A stretch of DNA of 64,000 nt from Mobula birostris (lineage: Eukaryota). Of the stretch, positions 25,607 to 38,010 are shown one piece after another. The notes below the pieces were generated by a model that had not been told where the DNA came from, searched no databases, and saw nothing but the letters and a program-made list of their open reading frames with translations. Location of the stretch: the NCBI RefSeq assembly GCF_030028105.1, contig NC_092398.1:28924424-28988423 (forward strand), given 5' to 3'. Position 1 is the stretch's first letter. Each line of letters starts with the position of its first letter. Made by a program: the position numbers and the translations under genes.

Positions 25607-26574
25607 CTGCAGAGAGGGAGAGAGAGAGAATGGACATCTTGTATTACGCAGTAATATTCAGCACACTATCCACAAGCTCCAAACTTAAGTCTAAACTTTA
25701 AGCCCTGTCTTCAACTTACACTTCAGAAACTGATTTACTTCCCGTTTCAGCTCCACCCCCCCCATGTTCCAATTTTCCATCCATTCGGCCATCATATATA
25801 GGAGCAGAATTAAGCCATTTGGCCCATCGAATCTGCTCCACCATTCCATCTTGGCCGATTCAATATCCCTCCCAACCCTTCTCCCCTAACTTTGTCACCC
25901 TTACTAATCAAGGACCTATCAACCCCTGCTTTAAATATACCATCCACAGCCCTCTGTTACAATGAGCTCCACAGATTCAATGCCCTCTGGCTAAAGAAAT
26001 TCCTCCTCATCTCTGTCCTAAAGGGGTGACCTTCTGTTCTGAAGCTGTGCCCTCTGGTCTGGGACTCCTCCACTCTATCTGGGCCTTTCAATGCTTGATA
26101 GGTTTCAATGAGATCTGACCCCCTCCATTCTTCTAATTTCCATTTAGTGCAGCCATAAATCACTCCTCATACATTAACACTTTCATTCCCAGCAATATTT
26201 ACCCACCTCCCTATCACGTTCCAGCTTCTGCAGGTTTCTCCTACCTGCTCCTAGCTCCATCTGCCCATCAGATACTCCTTGTCTGGATCCACCCATCACC
26301 TCGCAGCCTCTGTTACTGTTCTCTCTCTCCCCTCCACCATCCGCCCATTCTCCCTCCTTCCTTGAATCCACCCATCGTCCCATTTGTTCTCCGCCTCTTT
26401 ATACTGGTTATCTCCCGTATAAAGAGTGCCAATGATGAGTCTCGACCCTGAAGTGTTGACTGCCCATTCCCCTCCCCCACTCACAGACGCCGTCTGACCC
26501 AGTGAGTTCCTCCAGCATCGAGCACTGTAACAGATTCCAGTGTCTCTGATCTTTTAGAGTCTGAACTTTCTCAC

Positions 26575-26604
26575 CTGTAGGTTGAATGTCCAGCCTTTTG
26601 ACCC
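26575..26604 (-). CDS. Candidate 30-nt phase 1-1 micro-exon
   Basis: Acceptor ctctctgtttctcacacag| and donor CAG|gtgaga; encodes (G)VKRLDIQPT and splices in frame to the 25508-25606 exon. Confidence 0.6.
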
Positions 26605-28628
26605 CTGTGTGAGAAACAGAGAGGTTACAATATCTGACATTGGCTCTGAAACAGTACAGGTCCTTTGGCCCACGATGTTTTATTCTAATATCACAGCAGA
26701 GTACAGGCGCTTCGGCCCACAATGTTCTGCTAACCTTTTAACCCATTGCATGATAGATCTGACACTTCCCTCCCACAGAACCTGCATTTTTCTATCATTC
26801 ATCTGCTTATCTGAGTCCCTTAAATGCCCCTTCTGCAGCTGCCTCCACCACAACCCATAGCAGAAAGTTACATGTACTGACCACTCTTCTGTGTGTAAAA
26901 ACCTGCTTATATCATCCCCTAACCACCTTAAAATCACGCCCTCTCCTAATTAGCCATTTCCGTCCTGGGAGAAAGTCTCTGGCTGTCCCCTTGTGCCTCT
27001 TGCTCACCTCTGTCAGGTCACGTCTCATCCTCCCTCGCTCCAGAGAGAGAAGTCCCAGCTCGCTCAGCCTATCCCCGTGAGACGTGCTCTCTCATCCCGT
27101 CAGCATCCTGGTAAATCTCCTCTGCACCCTCTCCCTAAAGCTTCCACATCCTTCCTATAATGAGGTGACCAGAGCTGAACACAACCCTCGACGTGTGATC
27201 TAACCAGGGTTTTATAGAGTTTACAGAAGCAACCATAGAATAGTTGGCATAACGTAATCCTATCTGCCTGTACGTGGCCCATATCCCTCAAATCCCAGCT
27301 TGTTCATGTACCAAATACTATTTAAACACTATAGTGTCTGCTTCTACCACCTCCCCTCAAGGCACCCACAGCCCTGAGTGCAAAGAAAAAATATGTTACA
27401 TGAGAACGTAGAAGAAGAATGAGGCCATTCAGCCCATCAAGTCAGCCTTTTCTCCTGGGAGCAACGGAGGATGGGAGGTGACCTGATAGAGGTGTATAAG
27501 ATGATGAGAGGCATTGATCGTGTGGATAGCCAGAGGTTTTTTCCCAGGGCCGAAATGGCTAACACCAGGGGGCAGAGTTTTAAGGTGCTTGGAGGTAGGT
27601 ACAGAGGGGATGTCTGGGGTATATTTTCACATAGAGAGTGGTGGGTGTGTGGAATGCACTGCTGGTGGTGGTGGAAGTGGATATGATATGGTCTTTTAAG
27701 AGCCTCGTAGATAGGTACATGGAGCTTAGAAAAATAGAGGGCTATGCGCTAGGAAATTCTAAGTGGTTTCTAGAGTAGGTTACATGGTCAGCATAACATT
27801 GTGGGCTGAAGGGCCTGTAATGTGCTGTAGATTTCTATGTTCTATGAGTCTGCGGTGACATTCCATCATGGCTGATTCATTACTCCTCTCAACCCTATTC
27901 CCCTGCCTGATTTTTTACACCTTGGTCTCCTGCACTCCGAGCTATAAGTCCCAGCCTGTCCGACCTCTCCCGGTAACACAGTCCCTCAAGTCCTGCCAAC
28001 ATTTCTGTAGATGTTTTATGCACTCGTTCCAATTAAATCACCTCTCTCCAATAGCAGGGTGCCCAAAACTGAGCATGATAACTCCAGAGTTAAGATGGTG
28101 CTGGTGAATGTCAGTGACTTCTGGCTGGTGGCTGATGAGACAAGGGAAACAACTAAACACTTGTGTTAATCGCTCTTTTCCTGGTAAAAGCGATCACCAC
28201 AAACAATAGGCCTGCAGCTTCCCTTTGGACTTGGAGGCAATTCAGTGTGGTAGAAGCGAGACAAGCTGAGGAGGGTCTATCGATGTAAGCACTGGGCCGA
28301 ATGGGAAAGGTCGGGCACAGGTCAAATGGAGGCAGCGGGTTTCGGGTCCCAGAGCATATCGATGTGACCGAACACCATATTTGGATGATGACTTAGGCGC
28401 TGAGCCAGACTGAAAAGGTTGGCATGTCAGGGCCGGTTTGTGTCAATAGACAAACTCCTTGTGGGCTTCATAGAACATAGAGCAGAGACAGCCTACAGCA
28501 CAATACAGGCCCTTCAGCCCACAAAGCTGTGCTGAACATATCCCTTCCTTAGAAATTACCGAGGGTTACCCATAGCCCTCTATTTTTCTGAGCGCCATGT
28601 ACCTGTTCGGAAGTCTCTTAAAAAGCAG

Positions 28629-30705
28629 ATGAGTTTAGAGTGTGGATCAGCACTTGGAGCTATGATGTTGTGGCCATTACAGAGACTTCGATGGTTCAGG
28701 GACAGGAATGGCTACTTCAAGTGCCAAGCTTTAGATTTTTCAGAAAGGATAGGGAGGGAGGCAAAAGAAGTAAGGGGCGTGGCATTGTTGATCACGGACA
28801 GTGTCACAGCTACAGAAAAGTAGGAAGTCATGGAGGGGTTGTCTAAGGAGTCTCTGTGGGTGGAAGTTAGGAATAGGTAGGGGTCAGTAACTCTACTGGG
28901 TGTTTTTTACAGGGACATCGAGGAGCAGATAGGGAGGCGGAATCTGCAAAGGTGTAATAATAACTGTTGTTGTGGTGGGAGATTTTAATTTCCCAAATAT
29001 TGATGGGCATGTAACTAGTGTTACGTACCCCGTAACTGGGTTGCCAAACCAGCAGAAATGGATCACTCAGTTGGAGTCTGGATTACTAGAACTAAGAAAG
29101 TTTTATTAAAGAAACAAGCAACACAGTAATCGAAAGGATAATAAGTGCAACAGTTCAGCAATGATAACCACACATGTGCACAGAATTAAGATAACAGCAT
29201 CAACCGAGCTCTATCTTTGTCTAGGGGTAAATGACCAAATTTCAAAGTGACACAAAAGTTCAGTCCAATTTAGTTCAGTTCGCAGTAATCGTTGCCATGG
29301 CGATAGACAAGGTGTGGGGAGAGAGAGAGAGAGAACGGGAACGACTGATCATTCAGACACGGCTTCCACTCACAGACCGGCGATATTTGCTCACAAGCAG
29401 CTTCCGGGCAGGTCCTTGGTGATGTCACCTGAGGTCACCGACTGTGACCCCTCCTCCAGATGCGTTCGATCCTCTGCAGTGAACCCGGCACCCAAGCAAG
29501 GGTGGACACACACCGGGTTCCCGCTGATCGTACCTTTCCACCCTGTGCATTGTCCGGTACTTCCCACCGACTCGTGAGAGGCGCACCGCTTCCAGGGTCT
29601 CGTTACCTCGGGTGTCGTGTGTGTCCTGCCTTAGCGAACCTGTCCCTTTTTATCCCCCTGCTGGGGTATCGCCTGTCCATCACTTCAAACAGTTCAGGGT
29701 TCAAAGGGGGAGCCGATCTTGGCAATACCCAGACTGATGGCTCCTTCATTAACATCTCCACATGCTGCTTCATTGTTCCTTATCTCTCCTTCCCCCCTGA
29801 GGGCAGGTGGCAGACCACTGCTGATCACACAGGACAGCTAACATCTTATCTATGTGTATTCTCGTCACACTAGAGCGAGGGGTTTAGATGGGGTGGAGTT
29901 TGTAAGGTGTGTTCAGGAAAGTTTCTTGACATAATATGTAGATAAGCCTGCAAGAAGAGAAGCTGTACTTGATCTGGTATTGGGAAATGAAACTGGTCAG
30001 GTGTCAGATCTCTCAGTGGGAGAGCATTTTGGAGATAATGATCACAATTCTACTTCCTTTACCATAGCATTGGAGAGGGATAGGAACAGACAAGTTAGAG
30101 AAACATTTAATTTAAGTAAGGGGAAATATGAGGCTATCAGGCAGAAATTTGGAAGCATAAATTAGAAACAGATGTTCTTAGGGAAACGTACAAACTAAAT
30201 GTGGCAAATAGTCAGGGAATATTTGTGTGGGGTTCTGCAGAGGTACGTTCCAATGAGACAGGAAAAGGATAGTAGGGTACAGGGACCGTGGTGTACAAAG
30301 GCTGCTGTAAATCTAGTCAAGAAGGAAAGAAAAGCTTATGAAAGGTTGAAAAACAAACTAGGTAATGATAGAGATCTAGAAAATTATAAGGCCAGCAGGA
30401 AGGAGTTTAAGAATAAAATTAGGAGAGCCAGAAGGGGCCAGCAGAAGACCTTGGCAGACAGGATTAAGGAAAACCCCAAGGCATTCTACAAGTATGTGAA
30501 GAGCAAGAGGATAAGATGTGAGAGAATAGGACCAATCAAGTGTGACAGTAGAAATGTGTGTATGGAACCAAGGAGATAGCAGAGGTACTTAATGAATACG
30601 TTGCTTCAGTATTCAATATAGAAAAGGAACTTGGCGAATGTAGGAATGACTTACAGTGGACTGAAAAGCTTGAGCATGTAGATATTAAGAAAGAGGATGT
30701 GCTGG
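28629..30705 (+). mobile_element. CR1 ORF2 endonuclease/linker fragment interrupted by a solo LTR
   Basis: YDVVAITET..FRKDREGGKR..GVALL, VVGDFNFPNID, AVLDLVLGNE, DNDHNS, RIKENPKAFYKYVKSKR. Confidence 0.9.
29019..29869 (-). mobile_element. Solo LTR (Gypsy-like)
   Basis: TGTTACG...GTCACA termini; 4-bp TSD ctag at 29015-29018 and 29870-29873; the host CR1 frame resumes across it; AATAAA on the minus strand near 29102. Confidence 0.85.
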
Positions 30706-30719
30706 ACAGTGGATGCAAT

Positions 30720-32929
30720 AAAAGAATTACTTTTTAATTGGGGCGACGATCAAGATTTTAAAGGCAGAGATTTGTGGCGGTTTCTCTCAGTTGAGGAGTG
30801 ACCAATCAGCAAGAGGGATTCATTAGAAAGGGCCAATAGGAATAATTGAAGTGCAAGTGCAGCGACCATTGTTTGGAGTGTGCCCGTCTTTAGAGTGGTT
30901 GAGAAATCAGGCTTGGGTGAGGTAAAATTGTCCTGTAAGTTACTCTCCCTCTGTTCTTGTTTGTTCATTCCTCATCTGTTAGTGCATAGTACAGTGAGAA
31001 TGGCTCCAGGGGCAGTGGTCTGTATTGTGTGTGGGATGTGGGAAGTCTGGGAGACCTCTAGTCTCCTAGATACACACATCTGCACCAGGAAAAATGAGCT
31101 GCAGCTCCTGAGAGATCATGTTAAGGAACTGGAGCTGCATCTCGATGACCTTCGACTCATACGGGAGAACAAGGAGGTTGTAGACAGGAGCCACAGGGAG
31201 GTAGTCACCCCGAGATTGCAGGAGACAGGTAACTAGGTGACTGTTAGGAGAAAGAAGGGAAATGCACGGCCAGTGCAGAGTACATCTGTGGCCGTTCCCC
31301 TCAATAGTAATATATAACTTTAGATACTATTGAGGGGGATGACCTTACGGGGAAGCCACAGTGACTGGGTCTCTGGCTCTGAGTTTGGTGTTGTGGCTCA
31401 GTAGAGTAGAAAGGTGAAGAGGACTGCAGTGGTGATAGGAGATTTCTTAGTCAGAGGAACAGCGACAAGGTTCTGTGGCTGTGATAGACACCCAGATGGT
31501 ATGTTGCCTTCCTGTTGCCAGGAATAACTCGGATTGGGTCCATGCCACTCTCAAGGGCGAGGCTGAACAGCCGGAAGTCCTGGTACATATTGGCACCAAT
31601 GACACCGGTAGAGCAGGTGAGGAGGTCCTGAAAAAAGATTTTAGGGAGTTACATAGAAAGATAAAAAGCAGGACCTCCGGGATAGTAATCTCTGGATTGC
31701 TGTCTGTGCCACGTGCCAGTGAAGGTAAGAATAGGATGATTTGGCAGGTGAATGCGTAGCTGAAGAATTGGTACAGGGAGCAGGGTTTCAGATCATTGAG
31801 ATCTCTTTTGGGGAAGGTATGACCTGTACAAAAGGAACAGGTTACACCTGAACCCGAGGGGGTCCAATACCCTTGCGGGGAGATTGGGTACAGTTGTGTG
31901 AGTTGGTTTACTCTAAGTTGGCAGGGAGATGGGAACGAGAGTGGTAGTGCTGAAGATGAGGTAGTTGGTTTACAAACAGAGACAACGTGGAGTGAGTCTC
32001 CTAGCAAGGAAAGGCTGATGATAGGGAAAAAATTGCAATCAACAGTTACAATGTCAAAGGCTGACAAAATCAAAAAGGGTGAATACAGGATTAAAGGTGT
32101 CATATCTGAAAGCATGCAGTACAGACAATAAGGTCGATGAACTTGTAGCACAGTTACAGATTGGCAGGTATGATGTTGTAGGCATCACTGAATCATGGCT
32201 GAAGGAAGATTATAGCCAGGAGATTAATGTCCAACGGTACACATTGTATCGAAACGACAGGCAGGAAGGCAGAGGGGCCAGTATTGTTCTGTTGGTAAAA
32301 AATGTAATTAAATCATTAGAAAGAGTTGACGTAGGGTCGGAAGGTGTTGAATCATTGTGGATAGAGCTTAGAAACTGCAAGGGGTAAAAAGACCCTGATA
32401 GGAGTTATATACAGAAACCCCCAAAAGGATTCAACGGGGCATAGAAAATGCACGCCAAAAGGGTAACTTCACAATAGTCATGTGGCATTTCAATATGCGG
32501 GTAGATTGGGTTGATGTGGGATTCCAAGGGGGAATTTCTAGAATGCCTAAGGGGTGCTTTTTCAGAGCAGCTTGTGGTTGAGCCCACTGGGGGATCAGCT
32601 ATTCTGGATTGGGTGTTGAGCAATGAACTGGAATTGATTACAGAGCTTCAGGTAAAGGGACCCTGAGGGGAAAGTGTTCTTAATATGATCGACTTCACCC
32701 TGAAATCTGAGAGGGAGAAGCTAGGATGACATAACCATTGCTAACAAGGGCAGTCAGAGACAACATAAAAGCCAAAGAGAGGGCATATAATGGAGCAAAA
32801 CTTAGAGGTTTGGGAAGCATTTTAAAACCAACAGAAGGCAACTAAAAAATCATTAAGGTAAAGATAGAATACAACATTAAGCTAGCCAATAATATTACAG
32901 AAGATACCAAAGTTTCTTCAGATACATAA
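30720..32929 (+). mobile_element. CR1 5' half: 5'UTR, ORF1 (Zn finger/coiled coil + SGNH esterase) and ORF2 endonuclease, degenerate
   Basis: AVVCIVCGMWEV..HIC..LQLLRDHVKELE; VIGDxLVRGT; QPEVLVHIGTND; NKVDELVAQL..YDVVGITESWL; CCAAT motifs at ~30801 and ~30833. Confidence 0.9.
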
Positions 32930-35900
32930 GCATCAGCAAGTCACGTCATAGTTGTATAAAACTTTGGATGGGGTGCACTTGGTTTAACTGTGTGCAGTTG
33001 TGGCCATTCCATTACAGGGAGGATGCGGAGGAGTGGAGGTTACAGAGAAAATAGAACACATCACAGCCCAGAACAGGCCTTTCGGCCCACAATGGAATTT
33101 GGACGGATCGGGGGAGGAATCTCATTGAAACCTTTCAAAATGTTGAAAGGCCTAGACAGAGTAGATGTGGGAAGGATGTTTCCTATGGTGGGGGAGTCTA
33201 GGACAAGAGGGTACAGCCTCATGATAGAGGAGCATCCATTTAAAGCAGAGATGTGGAGAAATTTCTTTAGCCAGAAGCTGCTGAATTTGGCGAATCTGTT
33301 ACCACAGACAACTGTGGAGGCCATGTCATTGGGTGTATTTGAGGCAGAGCTTGATAGGTTCTTGATTGGACACGGCATCAAAGGTTATGGGAGTGGGGCT
33401 GAGGAAGGAAAAAAGGATCAGCCATGATTGAATGACGGAACCAACCTGATGGGCCAAATGGCCTAATTCTGCCCCCATGTGTTATGATCTTATGTTATGC
33501 CTGGCTAGTTACCTACTCTCAGATTAATCCAACCCTTTCCTCCCACATAGCCATCCATTTATCTATCATCCATTTGCTTGTCCAAGAGTTTCTTAGATGT
33601 CCCCAAAGTATTTGTGTCCACTACCACCCCGCTGATGCGTTCCACGCACCCACCACTCTCTGTGTGAAAAATCTACCTCTGACATTCCCTCTATACTTTC
33701 CTCTAATCACCTTAAAATTGTACCTCATCATATTAGCCATTTCCGCCCTGAGAAAAAGCCTCTGGCTGTCCACTCTATCGATGCCTCTTGTCGTCTTGCA
33801 CACCTCTGTCAGGTCACCTCACACCCTCCTTTGCTGCGGAGAGAAAAGCCCCAGCTTGCTGAACCTGTCTTCATTAGACATGCTCTCTAATCCAGGCAGC
33901 ATTCTGGTAAATCTTCTCTGCACCCTCTCCAAATGAAGTGGCCTGAACTGAACACAATACTTCAAGTGTGGTCTAACTGGAGTTCTGTGCAGATGAAACA
34001 TTATCTCATGGATCTTAAACTCCATGTTCCGACTGATGATGGCCAACACTCCTTATGCCTTCTTCACCATCCTGTCGGTTTACCTACCGACTCTGAGGCA
34101 TCTATGGGCTCCGTCTCTGTCCCTCGACACTGCTAAAAGTCCTAACATAAACTCTGCCTTCAAGTTCAACCTTACAAAGTGAGTCATTTCACACTTTTCC
34201 GAGTGGAACGCTGAGGTGTCAGAGTTCAGTAAATCAGTGATGGCAGAGGCTTTGGAGAGGGTGCAGAAGTGGTTCACCAGGATCCTGCCTGGATTCAGGG
34301 CATGGGCGATAAGGAGGGGGTTGGATAAGCTAGTGTTGTTTTCTCTGGAGAGTCGGAGGACGAGTGGAGACCTGATAGAATTTGTAAGATATTGAGAGGC
34401 ATTGGTAGGGGAGGCAGAGTCTTTCCCTTCAGTGTGGAAATGTCAAAGACTGAAGGACGGGCATTTAAGGTGAAAGGGGGCAGGGGGCAGAGAATGAAGA
34501 AAATACATGGAGCAAATTGTTTTACGCAGAGTTGGGTGTCGGGAACGGGCTGCGAGGGTTGGTGAAGGAGCCAACCACCGTAGTGGTGTTTAGAAGGCTT
34601 TTAGCAACAGAGCACAACTGCACAGAAACAGGCACTTTGGCCCATCTAGTCCATGCTGAACTGTTATTCCCATCATCCCGCACAGGGACCACAGCCCGCC
34701 ACACTCCCGTCGTCTATGTACTTATCCAAACTTCTCTGAAATGTTGAACTCAAAACAACACGAACCACTTCTGCTGGCAGCTAGTTCCACACTCTCACCA
34801 CCCCGTGAGTAAGTTCCCCCTCAGATTCTCCTTGAATATCCCATTTTTCACCCCGAAACCATGACCACTAGTTCTAGTCTCCCCCCAACCTCAGTGGGAA
34901 AAGTCTGCTTGCACTTATCCTTTCTATACTCCTCATAATTTTGCATACTTCTATCAAATCTCCACTCATTCTCCTATGCTCCTGGGAATGAAATCCGACC
35001 CTGTTCAACCTTTCCCTATAACTCAGGTCCTCTAGTCCCTGCAGCATCCTTGTAAATTTCCTCTGTCAGGGGATTGAGGGAGGTAGCTCAGGTGAACGCA
35101 GAGTGGATTCGATAGGATTTGATACTGTGTTCATCACAGATGTGCTGAGCTGTACGGCTGTTCCCAAACTGTTACGTGCTCTGGCTCAGATATCAAACAG
35201 AGACTCCATTTGCTCTCTTGTTGGTTAGTATCACCGAATCTCCAAAACGTCCCGGGACAGACATTTAGTGCTCAAAGACGAGAAATGAAACGTTTTCCTG
35301 TCTTTCTCACTCTACACACTGGGGGGGGGGGGGGTACCTCCAGGGACGTGCCAAAAGCCCCGTTTCCCACATTGCAACACTTAGAAATTAATTAATTGCT
35401 CTAAAGCATTTTGGGACTTCCTAAACTAAAAAAAAAGCATCTCACGGTATCGCAAGGTTTATTTCTCACTGCTGACTTCTCTGGGGAGGTACAGGAGCCT
35501 TAGGTGCCACACGACCAGATTCAGGAGCAGTAAGGACTTCAAACATCAGGCTCCTGAACTGGCGTGGCTAACTTCTCACCCCAACACTGAACTGATTCCA
35601 CAACCCATGGACTCACTTTCAACTCATGTTCTCAGTATTATTTATTTATTACAATTATTATTTGATTCCGTAATATTTGCTCAGTTTGCCTTCTTTTGCA
35701 CAAGGAATGGTTGTTCACTTATTCTACTGTATTCTTTTGTTCTACTGTGAATGTCTGCAGGAAAATGAATCTCTGGGTAGTATCTGGTGACATATACATG
35801 CTAAATAATAAATTTATTTGAACTTTGGTCAGTACTTTACCCTGGGGAACTTTACTGTTATTCTATTAGAATGATAGAATCATGAAGGCAGAGAGACATA

Positions 35901-36006
35901 GAGCATAGAAACGGGCCGTTTGGCTCGACTGGTCCAGGCTGGTGTTGCCACATCCAAGTCAGTCACGTTTGCCAGCGTTTGGCCCGTAAGCTTCTAAACG
36001 TTTCTA

Positions 36007-36314
36007 TTTTTTTTTGGCGTGTGCCTGCGTGCGTGCGAGTCTGCGTGTCCGTGTGTGCATCCGTGATAATGTCTTTTTCATGGCTTTTACCAGACGCGGA
36101 GCGAGAGTGAGAGAGAGAGACTGTGTGGCGCGACACTCCTCACACAAACATTTTTCACAGTATTTTCCCTTTATTTTCTGAGGTCGGGTTGCGATCTCGA
36201 CACTCAAACCGGCACGGATGGACAGTGTACTCGGGTCCGGACCTGACTAGTTTCGAACCCGCGAACCTCCGCTCCAGGGTCCGGAGCCGATGTCGTTGCG
36301 CCACCAGCCAGCCC
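36007..36314 (-). mobile_element. Young tRNA-derived SINE
   Basis: A box TGGCGCAACG, B box GGTTCGAAAC, CpG-rich body, poly-A tail. TSD gcttctaaac at 35990-35999 and 36315-36324 (extends to 15/17 matches). Confidence 0.85.
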
Positions 36315-37749
36315 GCTTCTAAACTTTTCCAATCCATCGACCCATCCAACTGTCTTTTAACAGTTGTTATTGCTCGTTCCTTACCCATTCCCTCTGGCAG
36401 CACGTGCCACACATACTGTGTTCCACACTCTGTATTGTAAAGTTCCCGGTGAGTTCCTTTCAAATCCCTTGAGCCCATGCAATGTGTTTGTGTGGGCAGG
36501 GAGGAGATGCGTCTCTGCCAAAGGAGTTGGAGGGTTCTCCTTCCCTCTGCCAGTCTGCAGGTCACCCTTGGGCAAGATGTAGCATCTGCTGAGCCCCCTG
36601 ATCAGGGTCACTTGAAGCCATGGGAGCAGGTGGTGGATGGTCGTACGAGCAGCCGACGCAGACCACAAGTACTGGTTATGTGATGACTGACATCAGGCAG
36701 ATAATCTCTGAAGCGTATTGATAATGGCAGGGGTCACCTGTCTTGTAAAGACACTGCCCAGAAGGCAGCAATGGCAAACCATTCCTGTCGAAAAATTTGC
36801 CAGGAACGATCATGGTCTGTGATCGCCCACGTCATACGACAAGGCGCATATAATCAAGGTGATGACACCCACACACCTTATGTTCTGAACCCTCCATCCC
36901 AGAAAAAAGACTGAATGCATTTGCCTGAGCCGGCCCAACCTCTCTCTATAACTTAGACCCCAACATGCATCAGAATCAAGTCACTGGCCCATTGAGTCTG
37001 CTGTTCAGCACAAAGCACGCAAAGTGCTGGAGGAACCCAGCAGGTCAGCTAACAGTTGTGGAGGTGAATGAACAGATGATGCTTTGGGCTGAGACCCTTC
37101 ACCGGGGCTGGAAAAAGAAGGGAGGAGAAGCCAGCACAAGAAGGTCGTTGGAGGGGGTGGAATAGAAGCCGGCAGGTGACAGGTGAGACCAGGTGGGGGT
37201 GGAGGTGCTGGATGCAACTCAGCCCATCACAGGAAAATCCCTCCCCAGCACTGAGCACATCTGCAAAGAGCGCATCCATCGTCAAGGACCCCCGCCACAC
37301 AGACCATCCTCTCTACTCACTGCTGCCATCGGGAAGGAGCTACAGGAGCCTCAGGTCCAACGCCACCAGGTTCAGGAAGAGTTATTACCTTTTAGCCATC
37401 AAGAACCAGTGAGGAAAATTCACTCACCCCAACACTGAACCGATTCCAAAACCTATAGACTTATTTATGAGGACTCTACGACTCATGTTCTCAGTGTTAT
37501 TTACTTACTTTTTATTTGTACAATTTATCTTCTTTTGCACATTGGTTATTTGTCTGTCTTTACTTATGTATAGTTTTTCTATTGCATTTCTTCTCGCTTC
37601 TGCGAATGCCTGCAAGAAAATGAATCCGATTATGGTATCAGGTAACAAATGTATACTTCGATAATAAACTTACATCGAACTTTGACCCGTCTCCAAATCT
37701 CGCCCCCATCGTCCGCAGACGCAGACCCAGGTGACACCAGCGCACCCCT

Positions 37750-38010
37750 GTACGGTTACAACAGGGGTGATTGTTGCTGACCGCGGCTCAGAGGGAACAC
37801 AAGGGTGGTGGTGTGAACCTGGGCTTCTGAGACGTACCGCCAGGCGGCGCCCTCGGCTTGGAACGGCTACGATAAAGGATCCTTCAGTGACTCTCTCTCC
37901 TGTCCTCCACCTGAGGGAGCTGCGCGGAGCTCTGCCAGCTGCCCGGCACACCGGACTCTGCGCTCTTGTCTCCACTAGGAGACTGATGGTGGTGTTCGGC
38001 TTCACTGGAA
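37750..38010 (-). pseudogene. Ig constant-like exon remnant, right-arm (least deleted) copy
   Basis: VKPNTTISLLVETRAQSPVCRAAGRAPRSSLRWRTGERVTEGSF; shifted frame EGAAWRYVSEAQV (E-strand-like); then CVPSEP..TITPVVTVQG (second Cys/G-strand-like). Confidence 0.5.

Noticed and set aside
28165-28230. Minus-strand AAGLLFVVIAFTRKR as the missing transmembrane exon
   Set aside because: The hydrophobic run is too short, there is no acceptor, the donor is weak, and it lies in what looks like a LINE 5'UTR-type repeat starting aagatggtgctgg.
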